Source: Phaeosaccion multiseriatum
Taxonomy: Eukaryota; Protista; Ochrophyta, other classes
Assembly: GCA_965112735.1 (NCBI GenBank)
Contig: OZ218950.1
Location: forward strand, 5,766,001 to 5,830,000
Direction: 5' to 3'
DNA length: 64,000 bases
The position numbers and the translations under genes are program-made. This document shows positions 11,679 through 25,383 of the stretch, piece after piece. Within the stretch, counting starts at the first letter, position 1. Every line of letters begins with the position of its first letter. Under the pieces are notes generated by a model. It ran no database searches, had not been told where the DNA came from, and saw nothing but the letters and a program-made list of their open reading frames with translations.

Positions 11679-13811
11679 GTCTGTCTCTCTATCTCTCTCT
11701 CTCTCTTTTTCTCTTCCCTCCTTCCCTGCCTCTGGTTCATGGACAGGACGAGGGCTGGCTGGACAGCGACAAGAGCAACTTTCCGGTCAATCTGGCGGGC
11801 TTCTGGACCATCCAGGCCATGTGGGGATGGGTAGTGTCTCTGGTGAGCGTGGCCCTCGACTCTCTTTCTCTCTCTCTCTCTCTCTGTCATCGGAGGAACG
11901 ACTGCTCCTGCTCCTCATCTCTTCTGTTCAACGAACTTAGTGCGTTCCTCCCTCTTCTTGGTGTCAGGACCAAAGTTTTGTTTCTTGTGTTTTGTCCTTT
12001 TTGTGCATCACCTCCAATCCAATCCCCGCTTCTCGATCTAATTGAAGTGATTCCTATTAAGTCAACAAAATGTCCCCGCTTCTCACCCCGTTCCCGAACA
12101 GCCGATTGCGCTGGCCACTTTCAACGCGAAGCGATACCCTGTGCCTCCCATCGGCCTATTTGGAAAGTGAGTAGTGCCAAGCAAGCACTTCAAGTGATAC
12201 AATAAGTGAAGTCAAGAGTTTGAAGGGCGGCGGCTATGCTCCTGATGCGAAATTGAAGCCACGGAAGGGCTTGCTGGATAGCCAGAGAATGAATGCCCCA
12301 GAATTCTCGTTGGGGATGTGTGCGTACCCATAGCGTCATTCGACGTGTGGTGTGAGGGGCGTAGCTCGGTAGGCCGCTCTGTGGGCCTACATACAGAGGC
12401 GCAGCGGAGCCTTTGTCCAACACAGCTCAGTGCTTTCGATTGATTTGACTTGTAGGCTTGCTTGCTGCAGTCGATATAAGCGCTCGTTGTTCGACGTGCT
12501 TGTCTGCTGTGATCGGAGTCTTTTGTCAGCAAGGACTTGCTGAGCTGAAGCAAACGCCCCTCCCTCCCTGTCCTTTTGTCTCTTGTTGGTGCAGGGCGGC
12601 GTTTGCTTGCTTCGGACTGGGCCTGCTGATCGAAGGCGTGGCGGACTACCAAAAGTTTGTGTTCAAGCAAGATAAGACCAACAAGGACAAGTGGATTCAG
12701 AGCGGCTTGTGGGGTCTCTCCAGGCATCCCAACTGTGAGTGTGTGGGATGGAGTGGGTGTGAGTGGGTGTGAGTGGTTGTGAGTGGGTGGTGTGCAGACT
12801 CTCTCAGGGAATGCGCCTCTCGCTCTGCGTGGGTGTGGGTGTGAGTGTGGTCGTGATATGTTGAGGAGAGGCGCGGCGGGCCAACAGAAACGGGGATACA
12901 CCCCCCTTCCCTGCTTGGAAGGCGAAGACAACCCTCTTTTACTGACCATGAGAACAGAGGCGAAGCGAAGCGGTTGAGTCTGAGAGAAGACCCTCCAGAG
13001 GCAGAGCTCTGAGACCTTCACCCTACTTGTACACCCTAACACTAATCTGCATGTCGCCCTCCTTTTGCCACCTCTCTCTCGGCCAATCCTACTTGCTGCG
13101 TTTGTTATGTGTGTGCATGCCTTTCCGCCCAAGCAGACTTCGGAGAGATTTTGATGTGGATGTCTCTGTTCGCCGGCGCTGTGCCTCTTTTGCGAGGCCC
13201 CACCCAGCTCGCCCTGGGGGCGTTGTCTCCGGCCTTCATCACCGGGTAGGTCAGAGGGGAGGGCTTGTCGCGGCGGTGTGTGTGTGTGCGTGCGTGCGTA
13301 CGTGCGTGTGTGTGCGGGTGTGGGGGGCAGGGGCCGGTGCCGCTTGGAAATAGATTGAGGGGATCACAGGGATGAGGTGCGGTCGAGGCGAGATGAGTTG
13401 TGCTTGCCTCCCCTTCTTGCCTTCTGCTGTCTTATGCATGTGGCACCGCGGCACAGCGGCACTGCGATAGACAGACAGCTGTCCGCTGCAACAGGGGGAT
13501 GGCTTTCCAGGAACGAAGGAAGAAGTACTCAACCTTCCTTACTGGCGACCGACCGTCGCCTGCCTTGCTGCACCACTCGCCCCCTCAACAAGCCTCCTCC
13601 CCCTCCCCCTCTCCCCTCTTCCTGGGTGGAATATGTCCATTGAACCACCAACTGACCAACTTGCAGCCTCATCATGTTTGTGAGCGGCGTGCCCCTCCTG
13701 GAGGAAAAGTCGGACGCCAAGTACGGCGAGGAGGAGAGCTACAAGGCCTATAAGGAGGAGGTACCGCTCCTTGTGCCCAGCCCGCTCAAGGCCCTCAAAG
13801 CTCTGCTGTAA
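10751..13811 (+). CDS. DUF1295 / steroid 5-alpha-reductase-like membrane protein; ~8 exons
   Basis: The spliced translation has THKITDLTGTG, WSARLAGYLFARILITGEDERL, FWTIQAMWGWVVSLP, IEGVADYQKFVFK, GLWGLSRHPNYFGEILMW and SGVPLLE...KYG. Stop TAA at 13809-13811. Confidence 0.9.
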
Positions 13812-14010
13812 CTGTAAGGGACTGTAACTGTAAGGGAGGTCATCAAGGCTCAGCTCTGCTGAGCTGTGCTGTGCTGTAGATAAGCGAGGAAGCGCCAGCA
13901 GGCCAGCGTGGGCGCAGGGAAGAACGCGTCGTGGACAGGAAGCCTTGGCTGTATGTATGAAGTGAGGGAAAGAAAGGAGCGCGTGAATCAGGCCAAATCG
14001 CCCACATTCT

Positions 14011-14087
14011 CGATAGCGGATAGCGGATCGGCTGGCGCCAGCGATAGCGAATAGCGCGCCGGCTGGCGCCGGCGATAGCGGATAGTG
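14011..14087. repeat. ~2.5 copies of an imperfect 31-bp unit rich in GATAGCG, ~200 bp upstream of NDK
   Basis: CGATAGCG(G/A)ATAG recurs at 14011, 14042 and 14073. Confidence 0.7.
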
Positions 14088-14286
14088 CGTCAGGGGTCGA
14101 CGTGAAGCATGTATAATTTCAAAGAAGAAACGGGCAGCAGCATATGGGCGAGGTGAACACGTAGAGTGTCAATGAACTGAAACTGAAACTGGATTCCCTC
14201 CTTGGTAGCCGCCCATCTTCCCTCTTTTCTCCCATCTCTCTGCCCTCTCTCCTCTTAGCTTTAACTCCCCCCCCCCCCAATCAATC

Positions 14287-16153
14287 ATGGAGCGCACTTA
14301 CATTATGATCAAGCCCGATGGTAAGAGGAGGATGTGCTGTACTCCTCTCTCTCCCTTTTCTCTTCACTAACCCCCCTTTTTCCACACTGCCACCGCGCTT
14401 CAGGGGTCCAGCGAGGGCTCGTGGGGCAGATCATCACTCGTTTCGAACAGAAGGGCTTCAAGGTATGCAGTCTGTACCGCAGTAGAGAAATGGGGAAGAG
14501 AGAGGTACCGTATCTACCTGTACACCTACACCTAGAGCAAACCCTTCCCGCTCCCCCCCCTCTCTCCCTCCTGGGTTACAATAATGAACCCTCTTACTCA
14601 CGAAGCTCGTGGCGATGAAGCTGGCCACCCCCTCTAAGGAGCATTTGGAGGAGCACTACGCTGATCTGTCCAGCAAGGGCTTCTTCGCAGGACTCATCTC
14701 GTACATGGTATGTCTTCGTTGAGGTGTTACGGACTTGGGTACTTCGGGGGAGGTAGACGGACGGACGCGAGGGGGGGGGGGCTAAGAGGGGTATTTGGAA
14801 TGCGTTATACTCCTCTGCCGCTGTGTCGTGCTGCACTCTTGCGCACTCCTAACCGCCTTGCTACCTCGCCTCGCCGTTCCTCCTTCCGTATGGCCCCCTT
14901 TTCTCCTCTTCCTCTTCCTCTTCCTCTTCCTCCTCCTCTTCCTCTTCCTCTTCCTCTTCCTCTTCCTCCTCCTCCTCCTCTTCCTCCCCCCCCCTGCCCC
15001 CTCCCACCTCTATCTCCTTACGTCTCTCTCAGTCGTCCGGCCCCGTGTGCTGCATGGTGTGGGAAGGCATGAACGCTGTCGTGTCGGGACGCAAGATGGT
15101 GAGTTCTCGACTTGTGGAGCTTAGAAGTACTTATCACCTAAGGTCCAGTCCATGTCAGCGCACACAGACTGGAGCGGATGCAGTCTTGGCGCTCCCCACC
15201 CTCTCTCTGTCTTTCGCGAGCAAAAGTTGGCCTCCTTGTTCCTCTCTTCGCTACCCCTCTCCAGAGCCAGTGGTGGTAGTTGGTTGGGACGTTTTTTAAA
15301 AATTAAAACACAGATAATGGTGGCTTCGTTCACCATCGTAGAAATCCGACTGAGAAAGAAGTAGAGGCACGATTTTGTCAGCTGCTTGGCTACAATACAA
15401 CAAACCACCCCCCTCCCTCCTGCTGCAGTTGCTGACACGTACGCCTCGTCCCCGCTCAATCTTGCTCCCCCACCTCCCTCCCCATCAGTTGGGAGCCACC
15501 AAGCCCCTTGACTCTGAGCCGGGAACGATCCGCGGAGACTTCTGCATAGACGTTGGTGCGTGCCCGTGATTCCGTGGTGTGTAGTACTGTTTGATGTGTG
15601 CAGGCAGGGTTCCTCCAAGTGGCTTCTTGAGAGTGTGTGGGCTGTGGGGTTGTGCGGCTGTGGGTGAGGCGAGTTGAGATGACTTGACCGGCGTGCCAGA
15701 CAGTCAGTGCAAAGCATCGGATACGGTGGTCGTCTATGCAAAGCGTGAGCCTGCCTCTTCCATCGCCCTGCACCTCGGTTCTCCGTCCCTCCCTCCACCT
15801 GGAGGCCTTGTATACACGTACGCATGGGGTTTTGCCTGGCCTCTCCTCACTCGCTCTACTCTTTTTTACTTGCTCTTGGACGCTCAGGGAGGAACCTCTG
15901 CCATGGGTCGGACTCGGTGGATAGTGCCAAGCATGGTAAGAGAGCGAGGGGGGGGGGGGCGCTTGACATGTGAGTCAGTCACCCACATCTTCCCCTAGCT
16001 ATGACCTAATCTTGTGGGCATCGCCATATTTTCCTCCATCGCTTGTTGCGCTGCCCCTCGCTTGTGCTTAATGCAGAGATCGCCCTGTGGTTCCCCGAGG
16101 GCGTGGCCGAGTACACCTCCGCTGTGGCCTCCCAGATTTACGAGAACCCCTAG
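14287..16153 (+). CDS. NDK: Nucleoside diphosphate kinase; 7 exons
   Basis: Motifs [74 protein letters not shown] (catalytic His) and EIALWF. Introns are GT-AG. Confidence 0.97.
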
Positions 16154-16944
16154 GTGTAGATGATATGTTAATGAGGAAAAGTGAAAAGTATCTTTCTCCA
16201 TCCCCCATTTTTCATCCCCCCTTCTCGCAGTCGTTGTGCTCCATCCAAACTGGGCACCCATTGACAGGCCTCGCTCCTCCACATTCAGTCGTCGCCCACT
16301 CTCTCTCCATCCTCCCTCTCCTCAACTTCCCGGGTTCCATTCCCACAATAGTCGTCTCGACTTTGTATATCGATATATCGATATGTTGAAGGATTTTTTC
16401 TTCCCCAGATGCTCATAGTTTGTAAAGCACAAGCCGCTGTGAGGAGAGGGAGGAGCGTCGTGCTTGGAAGGTACGTGGGCACAGAATGCATGGGCAGGAA
16501 GGGGGTTGTGGTGGGGCGGCAAAGTGCTCTTTTCGTTTTGATATCTTGACCTCCCTCCTCACCTCTCCTTTGCTGCACTGCTACTGCTACCTGCCCTTGT
16601 TGGCCCGGATCGCTCCCGCTCGCACCCATCTACCCATTTCATGAGATCCTGTCTTGTCAGCGTGGCTCACAATGCCTGGTGTTGTCCCTTTACGTCGCTT
16701 TTCTATCTCCACACTCCTTCAAGTGCGGTCTCGCCGCTTGTTTTCCTAGCTCAAGTGATGGAACACCCTTTTTACTGAAGCAGCACCCCAGGACCCTTCC
16801 CCTCCGTGACCTACCATCCCACCCCCCCTCCTCTTCGCGTTTGACCCTGCTGCTGCTCCTGCTGCGAAAATGTTCTGAACCGAAAATGCCGAGCACAGGT
16901 AGCATCCAGAGAAAACAAAGCAAAGCGCGGGAGTGGCTAGTACC

Positions 16945-19900
16945 ATGTCTGAAGGGGCAGAGAGACGCCTTGGGCCCACCTGGGGGAAGGGAGGAGGATC
17001 CTTCAAGCCGCCGAAGCGATCTGTCGCGGAGGAGATGGAAGCGGCAGCAAAGGCAAAGGCTGGCGGTGGAGGAGGAGGAGCCGCCTGGGGCGATGGCGGA
17101 GGCGGGCCCCTTGGCCTCATGGGTACCGGCGGTAGCAGCAACAGCAGCGGCAATTCTAATAACAACGGCCACCACTACACGAATAGTTCGGGCGGGAACG
17201 GAAATGGGAGCCACAAGGGGGGAGGGGGGAATGGCGGCGCCGGCGTTACCTCGCATTCCAACAGCAGCGGGAGCGGCAGGAGTCACTCCAATGCGCTGAG
17301 TAGTCTGCTCGACTCCAACTCGGCCTCCGATTCCATGGGGGGGCTCAGTTTAGAGGTCAGTGCCTGTGGAAGGTCCCCTTTCGCTCCCCGGGCTTTCTTT
17401 CCCCCAGTGCGAGTGTACTTGCTAGGGCAGCCCTTGCTTCACCCTCGTGTGCGTTTTGTACTTCCCTTGCCTCCCGCCCCGTCCCATCCCGCTCTTCAAT
17501 GGATCTATCCCACCAGTTGGAGCCTCTCTGTTTTAGTCCCCCTCGCACTGGGGCGCCCTTGTGGCTGTCCCTGTGGGCCCTTTCTTGTCCTCCAAGTCGG
17601 AGTACGCATATGTTTTAACGGAGATGCTTTACTTTACGGAAAAGAGGCTGCTCTACCAACGCACTTGTTGTTGCATATTGTCCATGTGTGTTGTGTGTGG
17701 TTGTTGCTTTGCTTCGCTTTGCTTCTCCTCATCGCTGTGTGTACAGAGTCACCGCTCTCGAAACATGCTCACTCAACCAATGTTTTAGGTATCTCTCCTC
17801 ACCTCACGGCTCGACCGCCGCTGTGCCCCTGCCCCTCGCCGCTTGATTGCTTGCCTGTGCCTTTGCCTGTGTGTGCGAGTAGCGGCTGGCGTCGGGTAGC
17901 CGCGTGTCCGGCCTCCCGTCTGCGGGGCGCTTGGGGGGAAGGTCCATTTCAGAGTCATCCCCCGGCAAGTACGGCGGTGGGGGGCCTCTCTCGCACGAGT
18001 CGGGAGGGGACAGGGGCTTCTCCACCACCAGCGGTGGCAGCGGCATGAGCGGCAAGCACAACCACCACCACCACAACCACCACGGGGCCCACAACAGTAG
18101 TAGTAGTAGCAGTAGCGCCGGCCTAGGCAGTGGCCACTACCAGCAGCAGCGTCAGCACCAGCACCAGCACCAGCACCATGTGGTGCGTTTCCGTAAAGAC
18201 GAGCTCATGGCGCTGCGGTCCGGCAACACCGCTCTGCCGAAGGACATGGAGGCGTTGCTGCTGAGTCAGGTAGGAGAGGGCGGTACAGGTGGGGGGTGCG
18301 TGAGTCAGTGCTTGTAGTGCATGTTTGTATGTATGTGTGTGTATGCGTGTATGTTTGTCTGTATGTATGTATGTCTGTGTGTGTATGTATGTATGTATGT
18401 ATGCGTGTATGTATGTCTGTATGTCTGCATGTATGTATGTATATATGTATGTATGCATGTTGTGAGTGTCGGCCTTGAGACCGGCCTGCTTCACCTGCCT
18501 GGCCTGCCCAGTCCCCTCCCTCTCTGCTCACTGTTCTCACCTCACCTCACCCCGAAGTCCAACAACAATTTATGTGTTTCCACGAGTCTCCCTCTCTACA
18601 CAGTGCTAACACCCCGCCTTCCCTTCCCCTCTCCTCTCTCTCTGCGCACGCGCAACTCGAAATGTATATGTGTATACGTGTGTGTATATTTGTTTGTGTG
18701 TATGTGTATATATATATATATATACGTGTGTGTATATTTGTTTGTGTGTGTGTGTGTCGTCGGTCTGCGTTGCGTCACACCCGTCACACCCGTCACACAG
18801 CCCTTGATCGCCCAAGAGCTTGCCGGTCAGCCCGCCACCCTCACCCCACTGTCGGCCGAAGACGTGCAGCGCATCTGGAGCCTCGCAGGGGGGGACCTCA
18901 GACCCGCAGCACAGCAGGACGGGCAGAGCGGCATGGGGAGGAGTATGCTCGGAGCCAGGGGACGAGGAAAGAGAGCTCCGTAAGTTGGTGATGTGGTGAG
19001 AGTGGGGTGGGGGAGAGGTGGGGCGGGGGGGGGGGGGGGAAGGCAACAGACGGTTGAATGGCAGTGGGTGGTTGTCGGGAAGGGACGTGTCTTTTTTTAG
19101 AAAACAAGGAAAAGAGAAGGAAGGCAGGAGAAGGAAAAAGAAAGAGAACAAGTTTGGGCTTCCGTCCGCCCCTCTCTGCCTCTCACAGTCCGGCCACCTT
19201 GTCCTCCTCGCCCTCCCTGCCCCCCACACAACAACCTTCACATACACCCCCCTCACAATGCACAGATGGTGGGGCTCCGACAGAGACGACGGAGGCATGG
19301 GAGGAGACGGGCCCTCTGGTGGTGGCCGGATAGGCTTTGGGAGCTCTCGGGGCGACGGGATGGGAGGAGGAGGAGGAGGAGGGAGGGACGGCAGAGGGAG
19401 CTCATCCCAGGGGCAGTCCAGCGATAGCCTGTGGGACGATGTGCCCATGCCCAGCGGCGACGGCGGCCTCGGGGGTGGGGTGCTGGGGCAGGATGGCATG
19501 TTTGGGGCTGGAATGGGTGGGGGGGGTATGGGTGGCGCAGGCATGGACCTCGAAGTTCTTGCGGCCAACGCCGACAAGTTCAGGGCGGAGATGACCGAGA
19601 TAGCCCGGAAGGAGGGCATGGTCAAGCAGGTTAGTGGCGGTGGACAGGTGGATGGATGAGTGTGCGGGGTAAGAGGCTGGTTTGCGTTGTTGCTTGCTGG
19701 TTTGTACCTGCCTGCCGGTCTACACGGGTTCTTTGAGGTTCGTATGGGTGTGCTGGACAGGGAAAGAATGGATGGGTGGGTGGGGTGGAACCCTGTGGGA
19801 GGCATGTCAGATGGTAGACGTAAAGGTGTTTGTTTCCACACTCCACAACCTGATCATGATCACGTATACATGTGCATGTCATATCATGTGCTCGTGTTGT

Positions 19901-20420
19901 TTGTTGCTCTGTGGCAGAGAGAGGAGGAGGAGCAAGCCGCTCGCCAGGCGCGTATCGACAACCTTGACCGCGTAAAGGCGGAGAGGGAGGAGAAGGCCCG
20001 GCGGGAGAAGGAGGAGCACGAGCAGCAACAGCAGCAGCAGCAGCAACAGCAGGTTTGATACTCCCCCCTCCCCCCTACAACTCTGATCTGACCTCTATTC
20101 TGACGTCGGAATGAATGCCCTGTTTCACTTCCATCTCAAGCAATACCCCCCCCCGCCCCCCCCCGCGCGCGCCTTCATGGGCCCGCTTGGCCCTTTCAGC
20201 TCCCTCCCTGCCAAATTGATTGTTCGGCGTAGAGTGTGTCTGAAGCAGGGGCTTAGTCTGTACTGTACCTGCTCCGACCTCCATCTCCTCCCGCCCGCCT
20301 CCCTTGTGTGTAGGCTCCGACGTCGAGCTGGGATGAGCGCTCGAAGGACAGCACGACAACCGACCAGCAGCGCGACCACATCCTGTCTTCGCTGGGACTG
20401 TTGCAGCCCTCGACCCAACC

Positions 20421-20470
<50 letters not shown>

Positions 20471-20703
20471 GAGAGCAGCAACTGCAGTGGCAGCAACAGC
20501 AGCAAATGTACGACCAGCAGCAGCGGCAACACCTGCAGCAGCAGCAACAGCAACAGCAGCAGCAAATGCAGCAAATGCAGGCACAGCAGCAGAAGGACGC
20601 CGAGGCGCTGGCATCGCAGCAGCAGCAGCAGCGTCAGATGCAGCAGTTGCAGCTGCGGGAGCGCCAGCAGCACGAGCAGCAGCAGCAACAACTTCGCCAG
20701 CAT

Positions 20704-20742
<39 letters not shown>

Positions 20743-21632
20743 ATGCAGGCCCCTGCAGGCGCCGCTCAGCAGCTGCAGCCGAGCGCTCCGTGGTTCTACA
20801 TGGACCCCAACGGGGCCATTCAAGGGCCCTTCGAAGGTGCGATGGACGAACGCATCGATTCGAGGAGGGGACTTGGCCTGGACGCGCGCACGTGTGTGTG
20901 TGTTCGTGTGTATATGCGTGTGTGTGTGTGTGTGTGTTTGTGTACATGCTGCATGTCAGGCACAGCACCGCTGCTCTTGCCTCCCCCATCTGGGGGCCTC
21001 TACTGGCCTCTGCTTGTGTTGCTCCTGTCTGTGGTCTTCTGTGTGAGTGGCACAGTGACGTGCAAACTCAACTCACCTTCACTCCCTCTGCGCATGCCAT
21101 ATGCTCGTGTGTTTCGTGTATGTTTCGTGTTTCAGGCTCCGGTATGCGGTCGTGGCTCGAGGCTGGCTACTTCAGCACCGACCTACCCATCCGGCAGGGG
21201 ACGAGTGGAGACTTTACCCGGCTGGGGGTGCTTTTTCCCAACCAAAACATTGCGTTCCTTCCGCAGCAACCGTCGGCCGCTGATCATGAGCGACAGCAGG
21301 AGCTGCAGAGGCAGCAGCAGATACAGCAGCTGCAGCAGAAGGAGCAGGAGGAGCGGGCGAGGAGAGAGCAGGCCGCGTTGCTAGAACAACAGCAGAGGCA
21401 GCAACAGGAGATGCTGTTGATGCAGAGTGAGCAGCAGAAGAGGGAGGAGGAGGCAGCGAGAGTACGTCTGGAGCAGCAGCAGGAGGAGGCCAGACTGCAC
21501 GAACAATTGCAAGAGCAGCAGGTGCGGGGCAGATTGGCTGTGTGACACAGAGAGAAAAAGAGAGAGGCTTGCAGAACGCAGAACCAACGGACCGAGAGGG
21601 GGTTTAGGGGCGAATAGCTTGGGTGACTCTCG

Positions 21633-21667
<35 letters not shown>

Positions 21668-24600
21668 CCCTGTTGCACATTGAACGTGCCGTATTATCTC
21701 AATCTGCTCTTTGTTGTCTGTCGTGTCTGTCCTCTGTGCAACGTTACAGCGACTTGAGCTCGAGAGGAAGCAGCAGCAGGACCGCGAGGCAGCAGCGGCG
21801 GCAGCGGCGGCAACAGCAAGGGCAGAGGCAGAGGCTCAGGTAGTGGCTCCTCCGGAGAACGCGCCATGGGCAGCGAGTAACAACAGCAACAGCTCGAGGA
21901 GGGCGAGTCAGCCCTCGATGGAGCAGATCCAGGCAGAAGAGGGTCGGAGGAGGGCGCAGGAGGAGAGGGCTGCCAAACAGCAGCAGCTCGAGCAGCAGCA
22001 GCGGCAGATGCAGGCACAGCAGCAGGTGAGCGCTGGATGATGGAGGGTGGAGACACGGTGTCCTTCGCTCTGGACGATGAGGAGGAGAGAGCGGAAGGAA
22101 GGACAGACAGGAGGAGAGGGGAAGGAAGGAGAGGAGGGAGGGGAAGGACAGCGGAAGACAAGAGGAGATGAGGAGATGCCTTGCAGGTTGTGAGTACTTC
22201 GCCTAGGCAGCCCAGCGTAAGCCATTGACGTCCGTCCGTTCGCTTACCACTCACCCTTGTTGCTCCCCTCTGTTTCCCCCGACCTCGACCTATGGTTGGT
22301 TTATTTCTTTTTTGTCTCTATCTATCTATTTATCCATCTATCCATCTATTTACTATCTATCAATTTTTCCATCTATCAATCAATCTATCTCTCCATCTGT
22401 CGATCTATCTATTAATCCATCTACCTGTGTATCAATCTCTATGTCGATCTCCCTATTTATCCATCTGTCTCTCTCTCTTTCTATCTATGTATGTATTTAT
22501 CCACATTATCTATCTCTCTCTCTCTCTCTTTCGATCTCTCCATATCTATATATCTCTCTATCTGTCCATCTATCTATCTGTTTATACCTATCTCTCTATC
22601 TGTCCATCTATCTGTCAATATTTCTATCTGTCTGTCTTCATCTGTCGCCAGGCTCAAGCCGCCGGAAGCACGACCAATGCAGGGGGGTGGGCAGGGGCCG
22701 TAGCTGCCCCCACCCCAGTGAGAGCCAAGAGCATCTCCGAGATCCAGGCGGAGGAGGCGAGGGCAAAGAGCAGGCTGCAGGCAGGGGCGGGAGGGGCCCC
22801 GGGGGGCACCATGGCACAGCAGATTGCACAGAAGGCGGGAATTCAAGTAATGGTGAGTGAGTGTGGATACACAACCCAAACCAACACGTTCGTCCTTGGT
22901 TGTGGTATTGTATTGTCGTTTGCACCAAGTAGTCCCATCAGGGGTACTGTAGAGGCATATGGGAGATAGAGGAGATGGGTAGAGGCATATGGGAGATAGA
23001 GGAGATGAGAGAGCAAGGGCAGGCACGTCGGAAGAAGCGAAAGCGAAGACAAGTACTTCGAAGTACATCGGTTCGCCCTGCTCCTCATCTGCTCCTCATC
23101 TGCTCCTCATCTGCCCCTCATCTGCTCCTCATCTGCTTCTTATCTGCTCATCATCTGCTCCTCATCTGCTCCTCATCTGCTCATCTGCTTCTTATCTGCT
23201 CATCATCTGTTCCTCATCTGCTCCTCATCTGTTCCTCATCTGCTCCTCATCTGCTCCTCATCCTGCTGCCCGTCCCCCCCCCCCCCTTTACCCTATTGCT
23301 TTCTTCCCTTTGTGATGACGAAGGGCCCTCCTGGCGCGGGGGAGCGCCTCACCTCTGGAGGGGTGTTGGGGCCTGACGCAACGCCCGAGGCCGGAGAGAA
23401 GCCTGCTCCCCCTAGCACCACGGCCGTGCCTCTCGTGGCGGCCACGCAGCCTGTGCCGAAGAACCTCAGCCAGAAGGAGAGGAAGGCCATGGAGAAGAAG
23501 ATGCGGGCAGATCAGGTCGGTGAGGGTGAGGAGGGAGAGAGTAAGGGGTGGGAGGGGAAGGGGAAGGGAGAGCTTCACGTGCTGGTGGTTGTGTGCGTGT
23601 GTGTGTGTGTGTGTGCGTGTGTGTGTGCGACTCCGCCTTTCCCTGTGCGACACCGCCTTTCCCCAAGCGAAAAGGCCCGTTGTGGGGCTGTGTTTGAGCG
23701 GTATCCATCTGTTGCCATCTATCCATCCATCTATCCATCCATCGATCTATCCATCTATCTAGCCATCCATCTATCTATCCATCCATCTATCCATCTGTCC
23801 ATCCATCCATCTATCTATCCATCTATCCATCCATCCATCCATCTATCCATCCATCTATCCATCTATCCATCCATCTATCCATCCATCTATCCATCCATTT
23901 ATCCATCCATCTATCCATCCATCTATCCATCTGTTGCCATCTATCCATCCATCTATCCATCTGTTGCCATCTATCCATCCATCTATCCATCCATCTATCC
24001 ATCCATCCATCTATCCATCTATCCATCCATCTATCCATCCATCCATCTATCCATCCATCTATCCACCTATCCATCTATCCATCCATCCATCTATCCATCC
24101 ATCCATCTATCCATCCATCCATCCATCCATCCATCCCCCATCATGCGTCGTACAACGGTTACATAAAAACCGAGGGTCGTCGGGGGGCGCGCGGCTCTCT
24201 GCGGCTCGCACTTGTGTGCTGTCTCTCTAACTGACTGCTCTTAGGCCAGGTCTAACTGACTGCTCTTAGGCCAAGTCTAACTGACTGCTCTTAGGCCAAG
24301 TCTAACTGACTGCTCTTAGGCCAAGTCTAACTGACTGCTCTTAGGCCAAGTCTGGTCATGTCCAGGCTTTGTTCATCCACCATGCCTTCCTCCTTCCTCC
24401 ATTCTTTTTGTCCTTGTCTGCCAATCAATCCTGCCTGGTTGGTGATACATAGGCGGCGCTAGCGGCGCAGCAGTCCGCATGGGGGGCAGGCGGGGGGGGG
24501 GCACCTCAGCAGCAACAGACGCAGCAGCAGCAGCAGCAGCAGCGATCCAGGTAAATCGATAGACCGGGAAAGCTTGGTGATGTGGTTTGGTTGTTACTAT

Positions 24601-25336
24601 TTCGGTTCACGGCATCATTTGTTGGTCATACTTTGTTGAGGTCTACCCAAAGGTCCCCTTGAGGTCTACCCAAAGGTCCCCTCACGCACAGAAACGGAAT
24701 GCTGACTGTCTCACATACCCTTCACTATCAATCGTTGAGCCAGATAGATATCTAACCCCCAGATACAAATATCTAACACCCCCCCCCCCTCCCTTCGCCG
24801 CCCTTTCCTCCTTCCCCATGGCCCCATGGCCTAACAGTCCCCAAGGGCTGAGGGCTATCCAGGAGCAAGAGGCCAAGCAAAAGGCCGCGACGGAGGCCGC
24901 CAATGGAAGCCTCAAACAGGACAACATCGGAAAGCTCAAACAGATGCTCGGGGTCACAGAGGAGACGCACCGAGGAGGAGGAGGAGGAGGAGGAGAAGTG
25001 TGGGGAGGTGGAGGAGGAGCAGGCATACCGGCATCGGCCGCAGGAGGAGGGGGGGTTACAGCAGGCGGCGGTGGTGGCAGTCGACCCAATGGCAGTCGAC
25101 CCAAATCGTTTTTAGAGATTCAGGAGGAAGACGCTAGAATGGCCGCAAAGGCCCAGCAGCAGCGTGCAGCGGCTTCGGCGGGGGCAGGGGTCGGAGTGGG
25201 TCGTGGGGGAGGAGTGGCAGCAGCAGCAGGCGGAGGGGGAGGATGGGCAGCCAAGGTGGCGCCGAATGCCGGCATGGGAGGGACGGGGAGCGGTATGGCG
25301 ATGCAGCAGCCCGCAGTTCCCAAGCCACCACCACCT

Positions 25337-25383
<47 letters not shown>

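Noticed and set aside
20401-22030. Long polyglutamine tracts as something special
   Set aside because: Common in GIGYF-type proteins and throughout this microsatellite-rich genome.
24226-24353. 25-bp repeat as a CRISPR array
   Set aside because: Units are head-to-tail with no spacers, there are no cas genes, and it lies in a eukaryotic intron.
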